Assembly (NCBI GenBank): GCA_965367675.1
Contig: CBDUJZ010000009.1
Location: 2,488 to 66,487 of the forward strand
Length of the DNA: 64,000 nt
Reading direction: 5' to 3'
Source of the DNA: an uncultured Myxococcales bacterium
GTDB lineage: Bacteria; Myxococcota_A; Bradymonadia; REDH01
Under the pieces are notes generated by a model. That model was not told the DNA's origin. It made no database searches and worked only from the letters and a program-made list of their open reading frames with translations. The number at the start of each line of letters is the position of its first letter. Positions within the stretch are counted from its first letter, which is position 1. This document shows, piece by piece, positions 1 through 10,422 of the stretch. The position numbers and the translations under genes were made by a program.

Positions 1-982
1 CCTTGGAGCGGTCGTCCCACAGGTTGAAGTCGACGCTCGCGAAGCCGGTGCTTGAGATGAGGCTGGTCACTTGGAACAGCCCGGTGCGGATGGACTCTTC
101 GGTCAGCGTGCCGGAGTAGGACACGGCGATGAGCAGCCCAGCGGCGAGAGAGAACAAGTAATAGAACTTGAACTCCATGTCTCGAAGTGGCGCTGAGGGT
201 TTGGATGTAAGTGACCGATAGAGAAGCGGAAAGCTTGTGCCGGAAATGAGCATGAACACGATCAGAACCCACTCCGCTGCGGGGTTCTCGAAGCCGGCCA
301 TAGACAGGCCATTGGTCGAGAAGCCACCGGCGGCGAGGGTCGCGAAGGCGTGGCAGACGGCGTCGTAGACGCTCATCCCGGAGAGCATGAGGCACAGCGT
401 GCAGAGCAGCGTAAGGCCCGAGTAGAGCACCCACAGACGGCCCGACGCCTTGCGCACTTGAGGCTTCGGGCCGTCGGATGAGGCGTCGGAGGCTTCGGCG
501 AAGAACAGCTGTCGACCGGCGATTCCGAGCCGGGGCAGCACGACGACGAAGAGGGCGATGATGCCCAATCCGCCGAACCACTGCGTCATGGCGCGCCACA
601 GGTAGAACGCGCGGTCGTACTCGCTGAAGTCGACGAGGATCGTCGCGCCGGTCGTGGTGAGGCCGGAGATGGTCTCAAACAGGGCGTCGACGAACGAGAG
701 TCCGGCGAAGCAATACGGGATGGCGCCGATGAGCCCGAGCGTGGCCCAGGTGAGGGCGACGATAGACAGGGCCTCGATGCGGTACAGGCGCAGGTTGCGC
801 CAGCGCTGGAACGACTTGTGGGCGGCGGTGCCCAGCGTGAGGCTGAGCGCGGTGGTGACGGCGAAGCCGCCGGCCGTGTGGTAGTCGCCGTCGATGAGCG
901 CGAGCACCATGGGCGGGCAAAACGCGACCGAGAAGTACAGCAGCAGCTCGCCGATGATGGCGGCGATGACTGGAATTCTCAC
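1..982 (-). CDS. trkH: Trk-system K+ uptake membrane protein TrkH (partial, 3' end beyond window)
   Basis: Minus-strand translation gives ...VIAAIIGELLLYFSVAFCPPMVLALIDGDY...ISGLTTTGATIL...WFGGLGIIALFVVVLPRLG...AAGGFSTNGLSMAGF..., typical TrkH/KtrB repeats with the GGF and TTTG motifs. The GTG start overlaps the trkA stop (GTGA). Confidence 0.85.
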   Translation of the reverse strand, partial: MRIPVIAAIIGELLLYFSVAFCPPMVLALIDGDYHTAGGFAVTTALSLTLGTAAHKSFQRWRNLRLYRIEALSIVALTWATLGLIGAIPYCFAGLSFVDALFETISGLTTTGATILVDFSEYDRAFYLWRAMTQWFGGLGIIALFVVVLPRLGIAGRQLFFAEASDASSDGPKPQVRKASGRLWVLYSGLTLLCTLCLMLSGMSVYDAVCHAFATLAAGGFSTNGLSMAGFENPAAEWVLIVFMLISGTSFPLLYRSLTSKPSAPLRDMEFKFYYLFSLAAGLLIAVSYSGTLTEESIRTGLFQVTSLISSTGFASVDFNLWDDRSK

Positions 983-2340
983 AACACCGCGGGGGCTTCG
1001 GCGGTCGCGAGGCCGAAGGTGGCGCGCACCTCTTGCTCCTGGTCACGACTGCAGATGACGAGCAGTCGGTCGCCGCCTTGGATGGTGTCTCGACCGGTCG
1101 GAACCCGCACCCCACGCTCGCGGAGGATGGCGCCGATGATGGCAAATCCGGGGAGCGTAAGGTTCATGATTGCGGTGCTTTGGAACGTTTTGTCTAGAGC
1201 AACTTCTAGGACGGAGAAGTCGCCGTGCTCCAGGTCTGCGAGGTGCACGTTGTCCGACTCGACGAACTCGTTCACGACGCGTCGAATGGCTGCGCCCTTG
1301 GCCGACAAGACCACGTCGACGCCGACCTTTTCGAAGATGCGTTCGTTGATCAGTCGGTTGGCCCGCGTGATGACGCGCGGGACGCCGAGGTGCTGCGCGA
1401 GCAGCGAGATGAGGAGGTTCTTTTCGTCGTTGCTGGTGACGGCGACGAGCGCTTGCGGCTCATCGACCAGCTCTTGCTCGAGCAGGTCGAGGTCGGAGCC
1501 GTCGCCGTGGAGCACGAGGCAGTCGAGTTGGGTGGCGATCTCGGTGCATCGGCCGCGGTCGGACTCGATGACTTTGACGTACCAACCGGCGTCGCTCAGG
1601 CCCTCGGCGACGGCGCCGCCGACGAGGCCACCACCGACGATGATCGCGCGGTTGCGCTGCTTGCGGTGGCTCGCGTCCGAGAGGAACCGGTGGAGTCGCC
1701 GGATGCCTTTAGGGGTGCCGATGACGGTCATTCGGTCGCCGGCTTGGAACTGTGTGGAGCCGCGCGGGATAAAGAACTCGTCGCCGCGCTGGCCCATGGC
1801 CGCGAGCACGCCGGTGGGCATTTTCAGGCGGGAGAGCGGCTCGGAGGTGAGCGTCGTGTCGCCTTCGACCTCGAACTTCTCCAAGATGATCTTTCCGCCC
1901 ACGAAAGAGCGCACGTCGAGCGCGCCGGGGACGGTGACGATGCGCACGATTTCTTCGGCGAGCTGCGAGCTTGGGCGCACGATGGCGTCGATCCCGAGCG
2001 ACTCCGCCAGCGCATCCTCGTCGGAGTCGACCTCGAAGAAGCCGCGCCGGTTGAGGAAGCAGATGACCTGCGCTGCGCCCATGCGGCGGGCGGCAACACA
2101 CGAGACGATGTTCTTCTCGTCGTCTTCGGAGACGGCGATGAACACACTGGCCTCGGCGGCGCCGGCGGCGTGGAGTACCGTCGGCGACGTGATGGAGCCG
2201 TCGAAAATCTCGATCTCAAGGCGCTCTAGCCGGGCGTAGTGCCGGTTGTGCGGCCCGATGAAGGCCACATGGTGCGACGCCATAAGACGCTCAGCGATAC
2301 GGAGGCCGACTTCACTGCCGCCTGCGACCACGATGTTCAT
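979..2340 (-). CDS. trkA: Trk-system K+ uptake NAD-binding protein TrkA (two RCK_N/RCK_C repeats)
   Basis: ORF 979..2844 trimmed to internal ATG (MNIVVAGGSEVGLRIAERL...). Two Rossmann GxGxxG motifs (VVAGGSEVG, IIVGGGLVGGAVAEGL) plus TrkA_C domains. Sits immediately upstream of trkH. Confidence 0.9.
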   Translation of the reverse strand: MNIVVAGGSEVGLRIAERLMASHHVAFIGPHNRHYARLERLEIEIFDGSITSPTVLHAAGAAEASVFIAVSEDDEKNIVSCVAARRMGAAQVICFLNRRGFFEVDSDEDALAESLGIDAIVRPSSQLAEEIVRIVTVPGALDVRSFVGGKIILEKFEVEGDTTLTSEPLSRLKMPTGVLAAMGQRGDEFFIPRGSTQFQAGDRMTVIGTPKGIRRLHRFLSDASHRKQRNRAIIVGGGLVGGAVAEGLSDAGWYVKVIESDRGRCTEIATQLDCLVLHGDGSDLDLLEQELVDEPQALVAVTSNDEKNLLISLLAQHLGVPRVITRANRLINERIFEKVGVDVVLSAKGAAIRRVVNEFVESDNVHLADLEHGDFSVLEVALDKTFQSTAIMNLTLPGFAIIGAILRERGVRVPTGRDTIQGGDRLLVICSRDQEQEVRATFGLATAEAPAVL

Positions 2341-2450
2341 AGTTGTCTTCCTGAGACAGGTTGCCGGAGCGCTTAGCACACGCGCGCGCCTCTGCAACAT
2401 GTTCAATTCCGGCGGTCGCCAGGTGGGCGCATTCCCTGTACCCTCGCGGA

Positions 2451-5400
2451 ATGAAAGCCAGCGTTCGGAACCCCTTCGCGTCTGCGGCCCGTCTTGGGCG
2501 GCAGCTCTGTACCCCATTTGGCGCACGGTTCGGCCGGTCGTGTAAAGGCCGTCGCGGGGCCGTTCGCGGGTCCCTGGTCGCCGTCGGCGCCGCGTTTCTG
2601 CTAGCGAGCGCGGGGTGTGGCGATGACGCGGACGCCGAGGCGCTTGTGGTCGACTTTGACACGCTGCCGGCCGCCGCGCATGAGGCCCGCCCGTGGGTGC
2701 GTTGGTGGTGGCCAGGCGGCGCCGTGGACGACGCGCAGCTCGCGCAGGAGTTGGCCTGGATGGGCGAAGCGGGCTTCGGCGGGGTAGAGGTCCAGGCCTT
2801 CGACGCCGCGCTTGATCCCACAAACGGCCCCGAGTGGGACGCACGCCAGCGTGATGTGCGCTCGGCCGCGTTCATCGGCCACGTGCGCGCGGCCCTCGAC
2901 GCCGCGGCGCAACACGATATGCGCGTGGATCTCACCGTCGGCAGCGGCTGGCCCGTGGGCGGGGCGCACGTGCCGCATGAAGACGCACTCACCACGCTCA
3001 TGTGGTGGGAGTCGACTGTGCAGGGCCCCATCGAGTTGGACGTGGTGCCCGAGCCGAGCGCCAGCGTGTTCTTCGAGGTCGCGGAGCTGGCGGAGAGCGC
3101 GTTCGGGGAGCGCCTCGCGCGGTTCCTGCCGGAGCTCGCCCAGCCGGTCGCGGCGTACGCGGCGCGCGTCGAGTCAGGGTCACGATCCCGAAACTGGCTC
3201 GACCTGGACGACACCGTGGTCTTGAACCCGGCGTCGATCCGCGACCTGACCAGCAGTTGGGTGGACGGCCGGCTTCAGGCCTCGCTTCCAGCGGGGAAGT
3301 GGCACGTGGTCGCGGTGTTTTCAGGGCCCGACGGTGAGTACATCACGCTGACCTCCGAGCCTGGAAACCCGTACCCGGTGGACCACCTGAACGGCGACGC
3401 GGTCGCACGCTCTGTCACGGCACTCTTGGGGGACATCGGCGCGCATGCGGCCTGGTCGGGGCTGTTTGTGGATAGCTTAGAGTTTAAAGTTGACCGACTG
3501 TTTACCGGTGATTTCCTCGAACGGTTCGAGGAACTTCGGGGCTATGCCCTCGACCATCAGGTGTTGGCGGTTTTGGCGCAGAGCGCGGACAGTTTCTTGC
3601 TGGACGCCGGGCGGGTAGCGGTCGCCCCTGAGCTGCAGCTCGGCCCCGACGATGACCGCGTGCGCTGGGACTATCGGGAGACCGTGTCGGACCTGTTCGT
3701 CGAGCGCTTCGCTGGAACGCTCGCGTCGTGGAGCGCGGATCGGGGCATGACGCTTCGCGCGCAAAACTACGGCATCGACATCGACGTCATTCGCGCTGCC
3801 GGCGCTGCGCACATTCCGGAGACGGAGACGCTCTACGCTGGCGGAGCGAGCGTGTTCTACAAAGTCGCGGCGGCGGGAGCGCATTTGTACGGCCGGCAGC
3901 TCGTTGGGGCGGAGGCGTTTTCCTTCATCCAGCGCGACCACATGACCACGCCGCAGAAGGTGCGCGCGGCGGCGGATAAGCTGTTCGCGGCGGGCGTCAA
4001 TCACCTGGTGCTACACGGCGTTCCGTACCCGGCAGAGGGGGCGTACGGGGTGACCGGTTGGACACCGTTCTCCAGCCCGTTCGGCGGGGCGTCGACGTTT
4101 GGCTCTACGTTCGGCGAGCGTTGGGAGTTCTTCGACAGCCTGCCTGCCCTGACGGGGTACATGGCGCGGTCCCAGGCCTTGCTGCGTATGGGGACCCCGC
4201 GCGCCGACGTGCTGATCTACTACCCGTTCCATGGCTTCCCGACGTCGCTCGCGCTGGCCGAGTCGTTCCGGGAACCGCTGCTGGGCGGGCACATGGAGGG
4301 CGTGGAGGTGGAGAGCCGAGAAGTGCCGTTCGCGTCGATCGCGTCGTTGCTCGGGCCCCCGGTGGAGGACCCGCGGGTGACGTGGCTCGTGGCGCTTCAG
4401 GCGGAGATCAGCGGGCTAGAGGACGCTGGGCTCACGTGGGATTGGATCAACGCCGAGCGTTTGGCTGTCGCCACGGTGGCGGACGGGGAGATTCGAGTCG
4501 CTGACGCGGCTTATGACGCGTTGCTGCTGTTCGACGTCGCCGAGATGCCTGCGCGCGCGGCCGAGGCCGTTGCGGGCCTCTCAGAGGCGGGTGCGCGGGT
4601 CGTACTGCGGGAGGTTGACGTGCAGCAGAGCCCGTCGTTCGCCGAGCTCGGGCGCGCCGGGGAGATTCAGGCGTGGATGGCGCGTGCGCGCGCCGCGGGA
4701 GCGCAGGACGTGACGACCGTGGCGGACGAGCACCTCCCTCGGCACGTGCGTCTGACCGGGAGCGCGGGGCGGGTGCTCACGCGTACGCTGCCCCACGGAA
4801 CGCTCCACTTTGTGCACAACCCCTCGGCGACCTCCGCGACGGTGGTGGTGCAAGCGCAGCGGTGTGAGGAAGCGGTGCTGTATGACGCGTGGGCCGATGA
4901 GCGTTGGCAGCCGATCGCGGCCGAAGGCGGCGGTTGGCAACTCTCACTCCCGGCTTGGAGCGCTCGATTTTTGATCTGCGGTCAGTCCGACTCGGACGTG
5001 CTCGCGGAGATTCAATCGAGCGAGACGGGGGGCGTGGAGGTGAGCGGGTGGACGCTCGAAGCGACGTCCGCGACGGGGCTGTTCGATGCGGTCTCTTTCG
5101 CTCCAGGGCACTTGATGGATTGGCGGGAAGTTCCTGAGTTGATGGGGCTTTCTGGTGTTGCTGTGTTCGCGGGGGCGTTCGCGTGGACCGGAGAGTCAGC
5201 GGCGGAGTTGGTGCTCGAAGACGTCTACGGAACGGTCGATGTGACGGTGAACGGCACGTATGTGGGCCGGCTCGACGTGGCCCCTTGGCGCATGCCGCTG
5301 CGCGCCCCTGATGGAGGTGAAGTGCTGCGCGCGGGCGAGAACACGGTGGTGCTTCGCCACGTGCCGCCGCTACGCAACGAGCTGGTCGCTGCGGCTGCAG

Positions 5401-5492
5401 CAGGCGCGGTGGAGTACGCGCAGTTCAACGGCAAGGAGGACTCGCTGGTGGCGAGCGGCGTGGTCGGGCCGGTTCGCGTGGTCGGGCGCTAG
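2451..5492 (+). CDS. Secreted lipoprotein glycoside hydrolase, GH106-like (putative alpha-L-rhamnosidase family); family assignment tentative
   Basis: 1043-aa ORF, start chosen at MKASVRN... (alternatives: ATG at 2361 or a downstream GTG). Lipobox LLASAGC. N-terminal PWVRWWWPGGAVDDAQLAQELAWMGEAGFGGVEV resembles the conserved FWFWN...GxGG start of GH106-type hydrolases. Confidence 0.7.
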   Translation: MKASVRNPFASAARLGRQLCTPFGARFGRSCKGRRGAVRGSLVAVGAAFLLASAGCGDDADAEALVVDFDTLPAAAHEARPWVRWWWPGGAVDDAQLAQELAWMGEAGFGGVEVQAFDAALDPTNGPEWDARQRDVRSAAFIGHVRAALDAAAQHDMRVDLTVGSGWPVGGAHVPHEDALTTLMWWESTVQGPIELDVVPEPSASVFFEVAELAESAFGERLARFLPELAQPVAAYAARVESGSRSRNWLDLDDTVVLNPASIRDLTSSWVDGRLQASLPAGKWHVVAVFSGPDGEYITLTSEPGNPYPVDHLNGDAVARSVTALLGDIGAHAAWSGLFVDSLEFKVDRLFTGDFLERFEELRGYALDHQVLAVLAQSADSFLLDAGRVAVAPELQLGPDDDRVRWDYRETVSDLFVERFAGTLASWSADRGMTLRAQNYGIDIDVIRAAGAAHIPETETLYAGGASVFYKVAAAGAHLYGRQLVGAEAFSFIQRDHMTTPQKVRAAADKLFAAGVNHLVLHGVPYPAEGAYGVTGWTPFSSPFGGASTFGSTFGERWEFFDSLPALTGYMARSQALLRMGTPRADVLIYYPFHGFPTSLALAESFREPLLGGHMEGVEVESREVPFASIASLLGPPVEDPRVTWLVALQAEISGLEDAGLTWDWINAERLAVATVADGEIRVADAAYDALLLFDVAEMPARAAEAVAGLSEAGARVVLREVDVQQSPSFAELGRAGEIQAWMARARAAGAQDVTTVADEHLPRHVRLTGSAGRVLTRTLPHGTLHFVHNPSATSATVVVQAQRCEEAVLYDAWADERWQPIAAEGGGWQLSLPAWSARFLICGQSDSDVLAEIQSSETGGVEVSGWTLEATSATGLFDAVSFAPGHLMDWREVPELMGLSGVAVFAGAFAWTGESAAELVLEDVYGTVDVTVNGTYVGRLDVAPWRMPLRAPDGGEVLRAGENTVVLRHVPPLRNELVAAAAAGAVEYAQFNGKEDSLVASGVVGPVRVVGR

Positions 5493-5576
5493 CCCCGAGC
5501 AATTGGACGCGTTTGACATGCGATCTACCGGTGGTTCCGTCCGGATCGCGTGGTTCACCTCAAATGGGTTAGCTCT

Positions 5577-6098
5577 CTAGAGCCCGCCGCCTGAACCGTC
5601 ACTTTCGCCCGAGCCGTCAGCGACATCGGTGTCGTCGTCGGCGTCGGCGTCCTCCGATGCGTCGGCGTCACCAGACCCGTCAGCGACATCGGTGTCACCG
5701 GAGCCATCTGCCACGTCGGCGTCACCTGACCCGTCGGCGGCGGCATCCTCGAGCGTGTCTTCCACCACGTCTTCGGCGGTGTCTTCGGGCGTGTCGCTGA
5801 GCGTGTCTTCGGGCGCGTCGACCGCGGCGTCAGCAACGGTGTCTTCCGGGGCGTCGGCGGGCGCGTCCGCTTCAGTGGTGTCGGTCTCGGCAGCGTCGTC
5901 CGGTGCGTCTGCGGCGGTGTCGACGGTCGCGTCGCCCTCGGCATCGAGCGGCGGGAACGCGCCGTCTTGGATCACGCAGATGTTGCCGGAGCCGGGCTCA
6001 GAACCGTCGGGGCAGTACTCCTGCGATTCGAACAGCGCGCAGCCGGAGGCGGCGAAAACGAAGAGCGTGGCGAACGCCATCTGCGAAAAGCGGGACAT
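5577..6098 (-). CDS. Acidic-repeat lipoprotein (D/E/T/A-rich; DVADGSGD x3)
   Basis: Signal peptide and lipobox (FAASGC), a short Cys-containing segment, then a low-complexity acidic tail with tandem DVADGSGD repeats. GC3-rich codon usage. Divergent from the cupredoxin lipoprotein. Confidence 0.6.
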   Translation of the reverse strand: MSRFSQMAFATLFVFAASGCALFESQEYCPDGSEPGSGNICVIQDGAFPPLDAEGDATVDTAADAPDDAAETDTTEADAPADAPEDTVADAAVDAPEDTLSDTPEDTAEDVVEDTLEDAAADGSGDADVADGSGDTDVADGSGDADASEDADADDDTDVADGSGESDGSGGGL

Positions 6099-6464
6099 GG
6101 GCTACTCGGTAGGAGGGACTCCGCGATCGTAGCAACACGTGGAATTCGTGTCACGCCCTAGGTCGCGCCGGGCACAATACGCCGACGTCAGCGCGGCTGG
6201 GACGGAGCGCGCATGGTACCGGCTCGGGGGAGGGGGCCCGGGCGGGCGACGGCCGAGGCACAAATCCCGTGTTGTATTTGAATCGCGGGTTACGCTAGAC
6301 GGCCTTCATTCCCCGAGTTCGACGGAGATTGTCGCTTCGTACGTGCGTGAGTTCGCTCGCGTCGTGCCCGCGTACCGTCAGACCTTTGTCGTTTGAACCG
6401 CACTTCGAGCGGTGTTTGTGGCCGATCTCGTCCGCATTCGCCACTCCTGTACCCAAGAGCCGCC

Positions 6465-7205
6465 ATGAAGACCCTCCCCCTGTTCCGCCACTCGCTTCTC
6501 ATCGCCTTGGCGAGCTCCAGCCTGACCCTCGCCGCCTGTGGTGACGACGAGTCCCCCACGCCGGACGCTGGAGAGACCGACACCAGCGCGGACACCAGCG
6601 AGGGCGACGCGGCGGAGACGGATACGGTCGAAGCGGACGTCGCTGATGATGCGACGGTGACCGACACGGTCGAGGCCGACGTCGCCGCGGACACCGTTGA
6701 AACCGATGTGGTCGAGGCTGACGTTGCCGCGGACACCACCGAGACCGACACCGTCGAGGGCGATGTGGCCGAGGACACGACGGAGACCGATACCGTCGAG
6801 GCCGACATCACGGAAGACACGGTCGAGGACACGGTCGAGGACACCACGGAAGACACCGTCGAGTCGCGTCTCGAGGTCAACGGCTGCACCTACGAGACCG
6901 CCAGCGACATGACCGGCCAATCCACGGTCGACATCTCCGGCATTCAGGCGTGGACGATTCCGCACCAGGTCTGCATCGTCGTATCGGCGGGCACCGAAGT
7001 TTCCTGGTCCGGTAGCTTTGGCGGTCACCCGCTGGTGGGTGGCGAGGTGTTCTCCGTCGACGACGCGAGCCCCATCACCATCGCCGCGAATGCCGCTGGC
7101 TCCGAGGCGGCCACCGTGTCCGTCATGCTCGCGAACGCCGGTGACTTTGCATACTTCTGCAACCGTCACTTCGAGGCCATGCAAGGCGTCATCTACGTCG
7201 ACTAG
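6465..7205 (+). CDS. Cupredoxin (type-1 blue copper, plastocyanin/pseudoazurin-like) lipoprotein with acidic TDTVEADVA repeat linker
   Basis: Start at MKTLPLFRHSLLIALASSSLTLAAC (lipobox). About 100 aa of roughly 11-aa acidic repeats, then a C-terminal domain with His (TIPHQVC) and the YFCNRHFEAMQG copper-site signature (Cys-x2-His-x3-Met). Confidence 0.8.
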   Translation: MKTLPLFRHSLLIALASSSLTLAACGDDESPTPDAGETDTSADTSEGDAAETDTVEADVADDATVTDTVEADVAADTVETDVVEADVAADTTETDTVEGDVAEDTTETDTVEADITEDTVEDTVEDTTEDTVESRLEVNGCTYETASDMTGQSTVDISGIQAWTIPHQVCIVVSAGTEVSWSGSFGGHPLVGGEVFSVDDASPITIAANAAGSEAATVSVMLANAGDFAYFCNRHFEAMQGVIYVD

Positions 7206-7243
7206 TCGGCGTCCGCCCCGTCGTTGTTGCGACGCTTGGTCCG

Positions 7244-7279
7244 CCGAACCCCCGCTACCTTGGCGTAACGGGGGCTCGG
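7244..7279. terminator. Intergenic hairpin between convergent genes (11-bp stem, 1 mismatch, 14-nt loop)
   Basis: CCGAACCCCCG...CGGGGGCTCGG inverted repeat in the 85-bp gap between the cupredoxin stop (7205) and the histidine kinase stop (7291). Confidence 0.4.
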
Positions 7280-7290
7280 CGGTGAATCGG

Positions 7291-8777
7291 CTACACGTCT
7301 GTGTCCGACGTGGGTTTCCGCTTGAGCCAGAGCCGGAAGCACGTGCCCGAGCGATCGGCGAGATTCACGTGCTCCAGCTCGCCGCCCATCGCTCGCGCGA
7401 CCTTTTTGGACACCGCGAGTCCCAAGCCGGTGCCCTTGATCTTGGTGGTGAAGAACGGCTCGAACATGCGCCTGCGGACGTCTTCCGGTAGGCCTGGGCC
7501 CGTATCGTAGACCTCGATGTACTCGGTGTTTGCGACGATCCGGAGCTCTCCCTCGCCCTGCATCGCTTGGCACGCGTTGATGGCGAGATTGACCAGCACT
7601 TGGCGCACCATCTCAGGATCGATGGCCATGTGCGGGTTTCCACGCACGCGCATGATCACGTTGGGGTAATCGATGCTCAGGCCGTCGAGGACTTCGCGGC
7701 ACAGCTCGGCGACGTCGATACCGCTCTCGCTGCGGAACTGGTTGGGGCGCGCGTACGCGAGCAGGTCGGTGACCAAGTTGTTGAGGCCGCGCACCTGCTT
7801 GAGCACGCGGTCGATGATGTTATGCAGCCGGTCTCCGCTGGTGAACTCGTTCTGGATGACCTGCAGCGCGCCGCTGATTCCAGCGAGCGGGTTGCGAAGC
7901 TCATGCGCCAGCGTGGCGGTCAGCGTGCCGATCTGCGCCAGGTGTTCGGCTTGCTGCGCGCGCCGTTCGGCTTCGACCGCTGCGGTGTGGTCTTGCACGT
8001 ACGCGATGAGGCCGGCCTCGGGCGCTTCGAGCGGTACCAGCGTGATCGAGACGTGCGCTGGCCGCCCGCCGATCGTGATGTCGACGCGCCGAATGCGCAG
8101 GCTCTCGCGGTCTTGAAGCGCCCGTTGGATGTGGTCCTCAAAGTCGGCGTCTTGGAACAGGCTCGGCGGGAGCACGTCCCGGTAGTGTGCCCCCACGGAG
8201 GAGCGGTGCCCAAACAGCCAGGCGGCCGCCGACGTGGACGAGATCACGTTGCCGTGTTCGTCGAGCAAGATGGCGGCGGCGGGCAGGTGGGCGATGAGCA
8301 GCATACGCGCATCACGGACCCGCTTTTGCGCCTCCACCGAGTGGTACGTGCTCGTCATGAGCCCGAGGTCGAGCATGGTGACCTTGCGGATCGCGTTCAC
8401 GGTGCTCGTCGGGTCCTCCGTCGCCGCGATCGCGATCTGAATCAGATCCTCCTGCATTGCCGACATCGCGAAGAACATGGCCGCGTGCGACACGCCGACG
8501 CGCACGTGGACATGGCCGATCCGCTGCCGTGCGTGGGTGTAGTCATCGTCCCACGGGCCGTTGAGCATGCTCTGGATCCAGCGCTTGAGCGTCTGCTTGA
8601 GTCGCTCCACCTGGACCGGGTCAGAGATGATCTCGCGGGTCGTCGGGTGCGCGAGCACCTTCTCGTAGAAGTGCTCGACCACCGGACCGAGTTCTGGCTC
8701 CACAAACGGCCACAGGCGCTGCAGCAGCGCTTTGTCTTCGGAGCTGAAATCTCCGTAGGAGCAGAACTCGTCGATGT

Positions 8778-8781
<4 letters not shown>
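7291..8781 (-). CDS. Globin-coupled sensor histidine kinase (sensor globin + PAS + HisKA + HATPase_c)
   Basis: N-terminal protoglobin/sensor-globin fold (LWPFVEPELGPVVEHFYEKVLAHPTTREII...ARQRIGHVHVRVGV), a PAS-like middle segment, an H-box (LAHELRNPLAGI) and N/G boxes (DTGPGLPED...GTGLGLAV). ATGA overlap with the upstream response regulator. Confidence 0.9.
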
Positions 8782-10139
<1,358 letters not shown>

Positions 10140-10284
10140 ATTGGGGGGTGTGCCGTACTAAACAGCGGGTGTGTGATTTCGCACGTGTCGGGGCCAAAGG
10201 CCAGACGGTGTGCGGGGGATGCCGCCCGGATGGGCGTTCTCACACGCTTAAAGAGCAAAGTGCGTGCCAGCCTTGGGGTAGGCG

Positions 10285-10422
10285 TCAGTTGTCATCGAGC
10301 GCCCGATAAGCGGCGTCCTCGATATCGTCGAATTGGCCGCCGCGGACGGCGCGAATGAACATGACGACGAAGAGCCCAGCCAAGCTCACCGAGAGTGGGA
10401 GCAGGATTATGAGGATGTCCAT
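10285..10422 (-). CDS. ccoS: cbb3 oxidase maturation protein CcoS/FixS
   Basis: 45 aa, MDILIILLPLSVSLAGLFVVMFIRAVRGGQFDDIEDAAYRALDDN, the classic CcoS motif. Start overlaps the ccoI stop. Only the 3' 138 nt of track ORF 10285..10872 are used. Confidence 0.8.
   Translation of the reverse strand: MDILIILLPLSVSLAGLFVVMFIRAVRGGQFDDIEDAAYRALDDN

Noticed and set aside
818-2239. Long plus-strand ORFs (818..2239, 1225..2229) and nested minus-strand ORFs (1709..2101, 1824..2219) inside the trkA locus
   Set aside because: They are antisense or alternative frames of a well-supported TrkA coding sequence. Their products are R/S/A/G-rich low-complexity strings, which is typical of GC-rich non-coding frames.
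6139-6396. 85-aa ORF in the 366-bp divergent intergenic region
   Set aside because: It has an Arg/Gly-rich N-terminus, no ribosome-binding site and no recognisable fold, and it overlaps the likely promoters of both lipoprotein genes.
6099-6464. Sigma54 -24/-12 promoter (TGGCAC-N5-TTGCW) expected near the NtrC-type regulator's possible targets (also checked at 17285..17470 and 21468..21732)
   Set aside because: No match better than 7 of 11 positions was found by eye. The target of the regulator remains undefined, and a computational genome-wide scan is needed.
5555-6889. S/T/A/P-rich ORFs on both strands (5555..5944, 5629..6132, 6290..6889, 6697..6912)
   Set aside because: They are frame artefacts of the acidic tandem-repeat DNA inside the two lipoprotein genes. 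Only the frames with signal peptide and lipobox are plausible.
10171-10187. CRP-like TGTGA motif (GTGTGATTTCGCACGTG) upstream of the response-regulator gene
   Set aside because: Only one half-site matches; the other arm (GCACG) does not form the TGTGA-N6-TCACA dyad.
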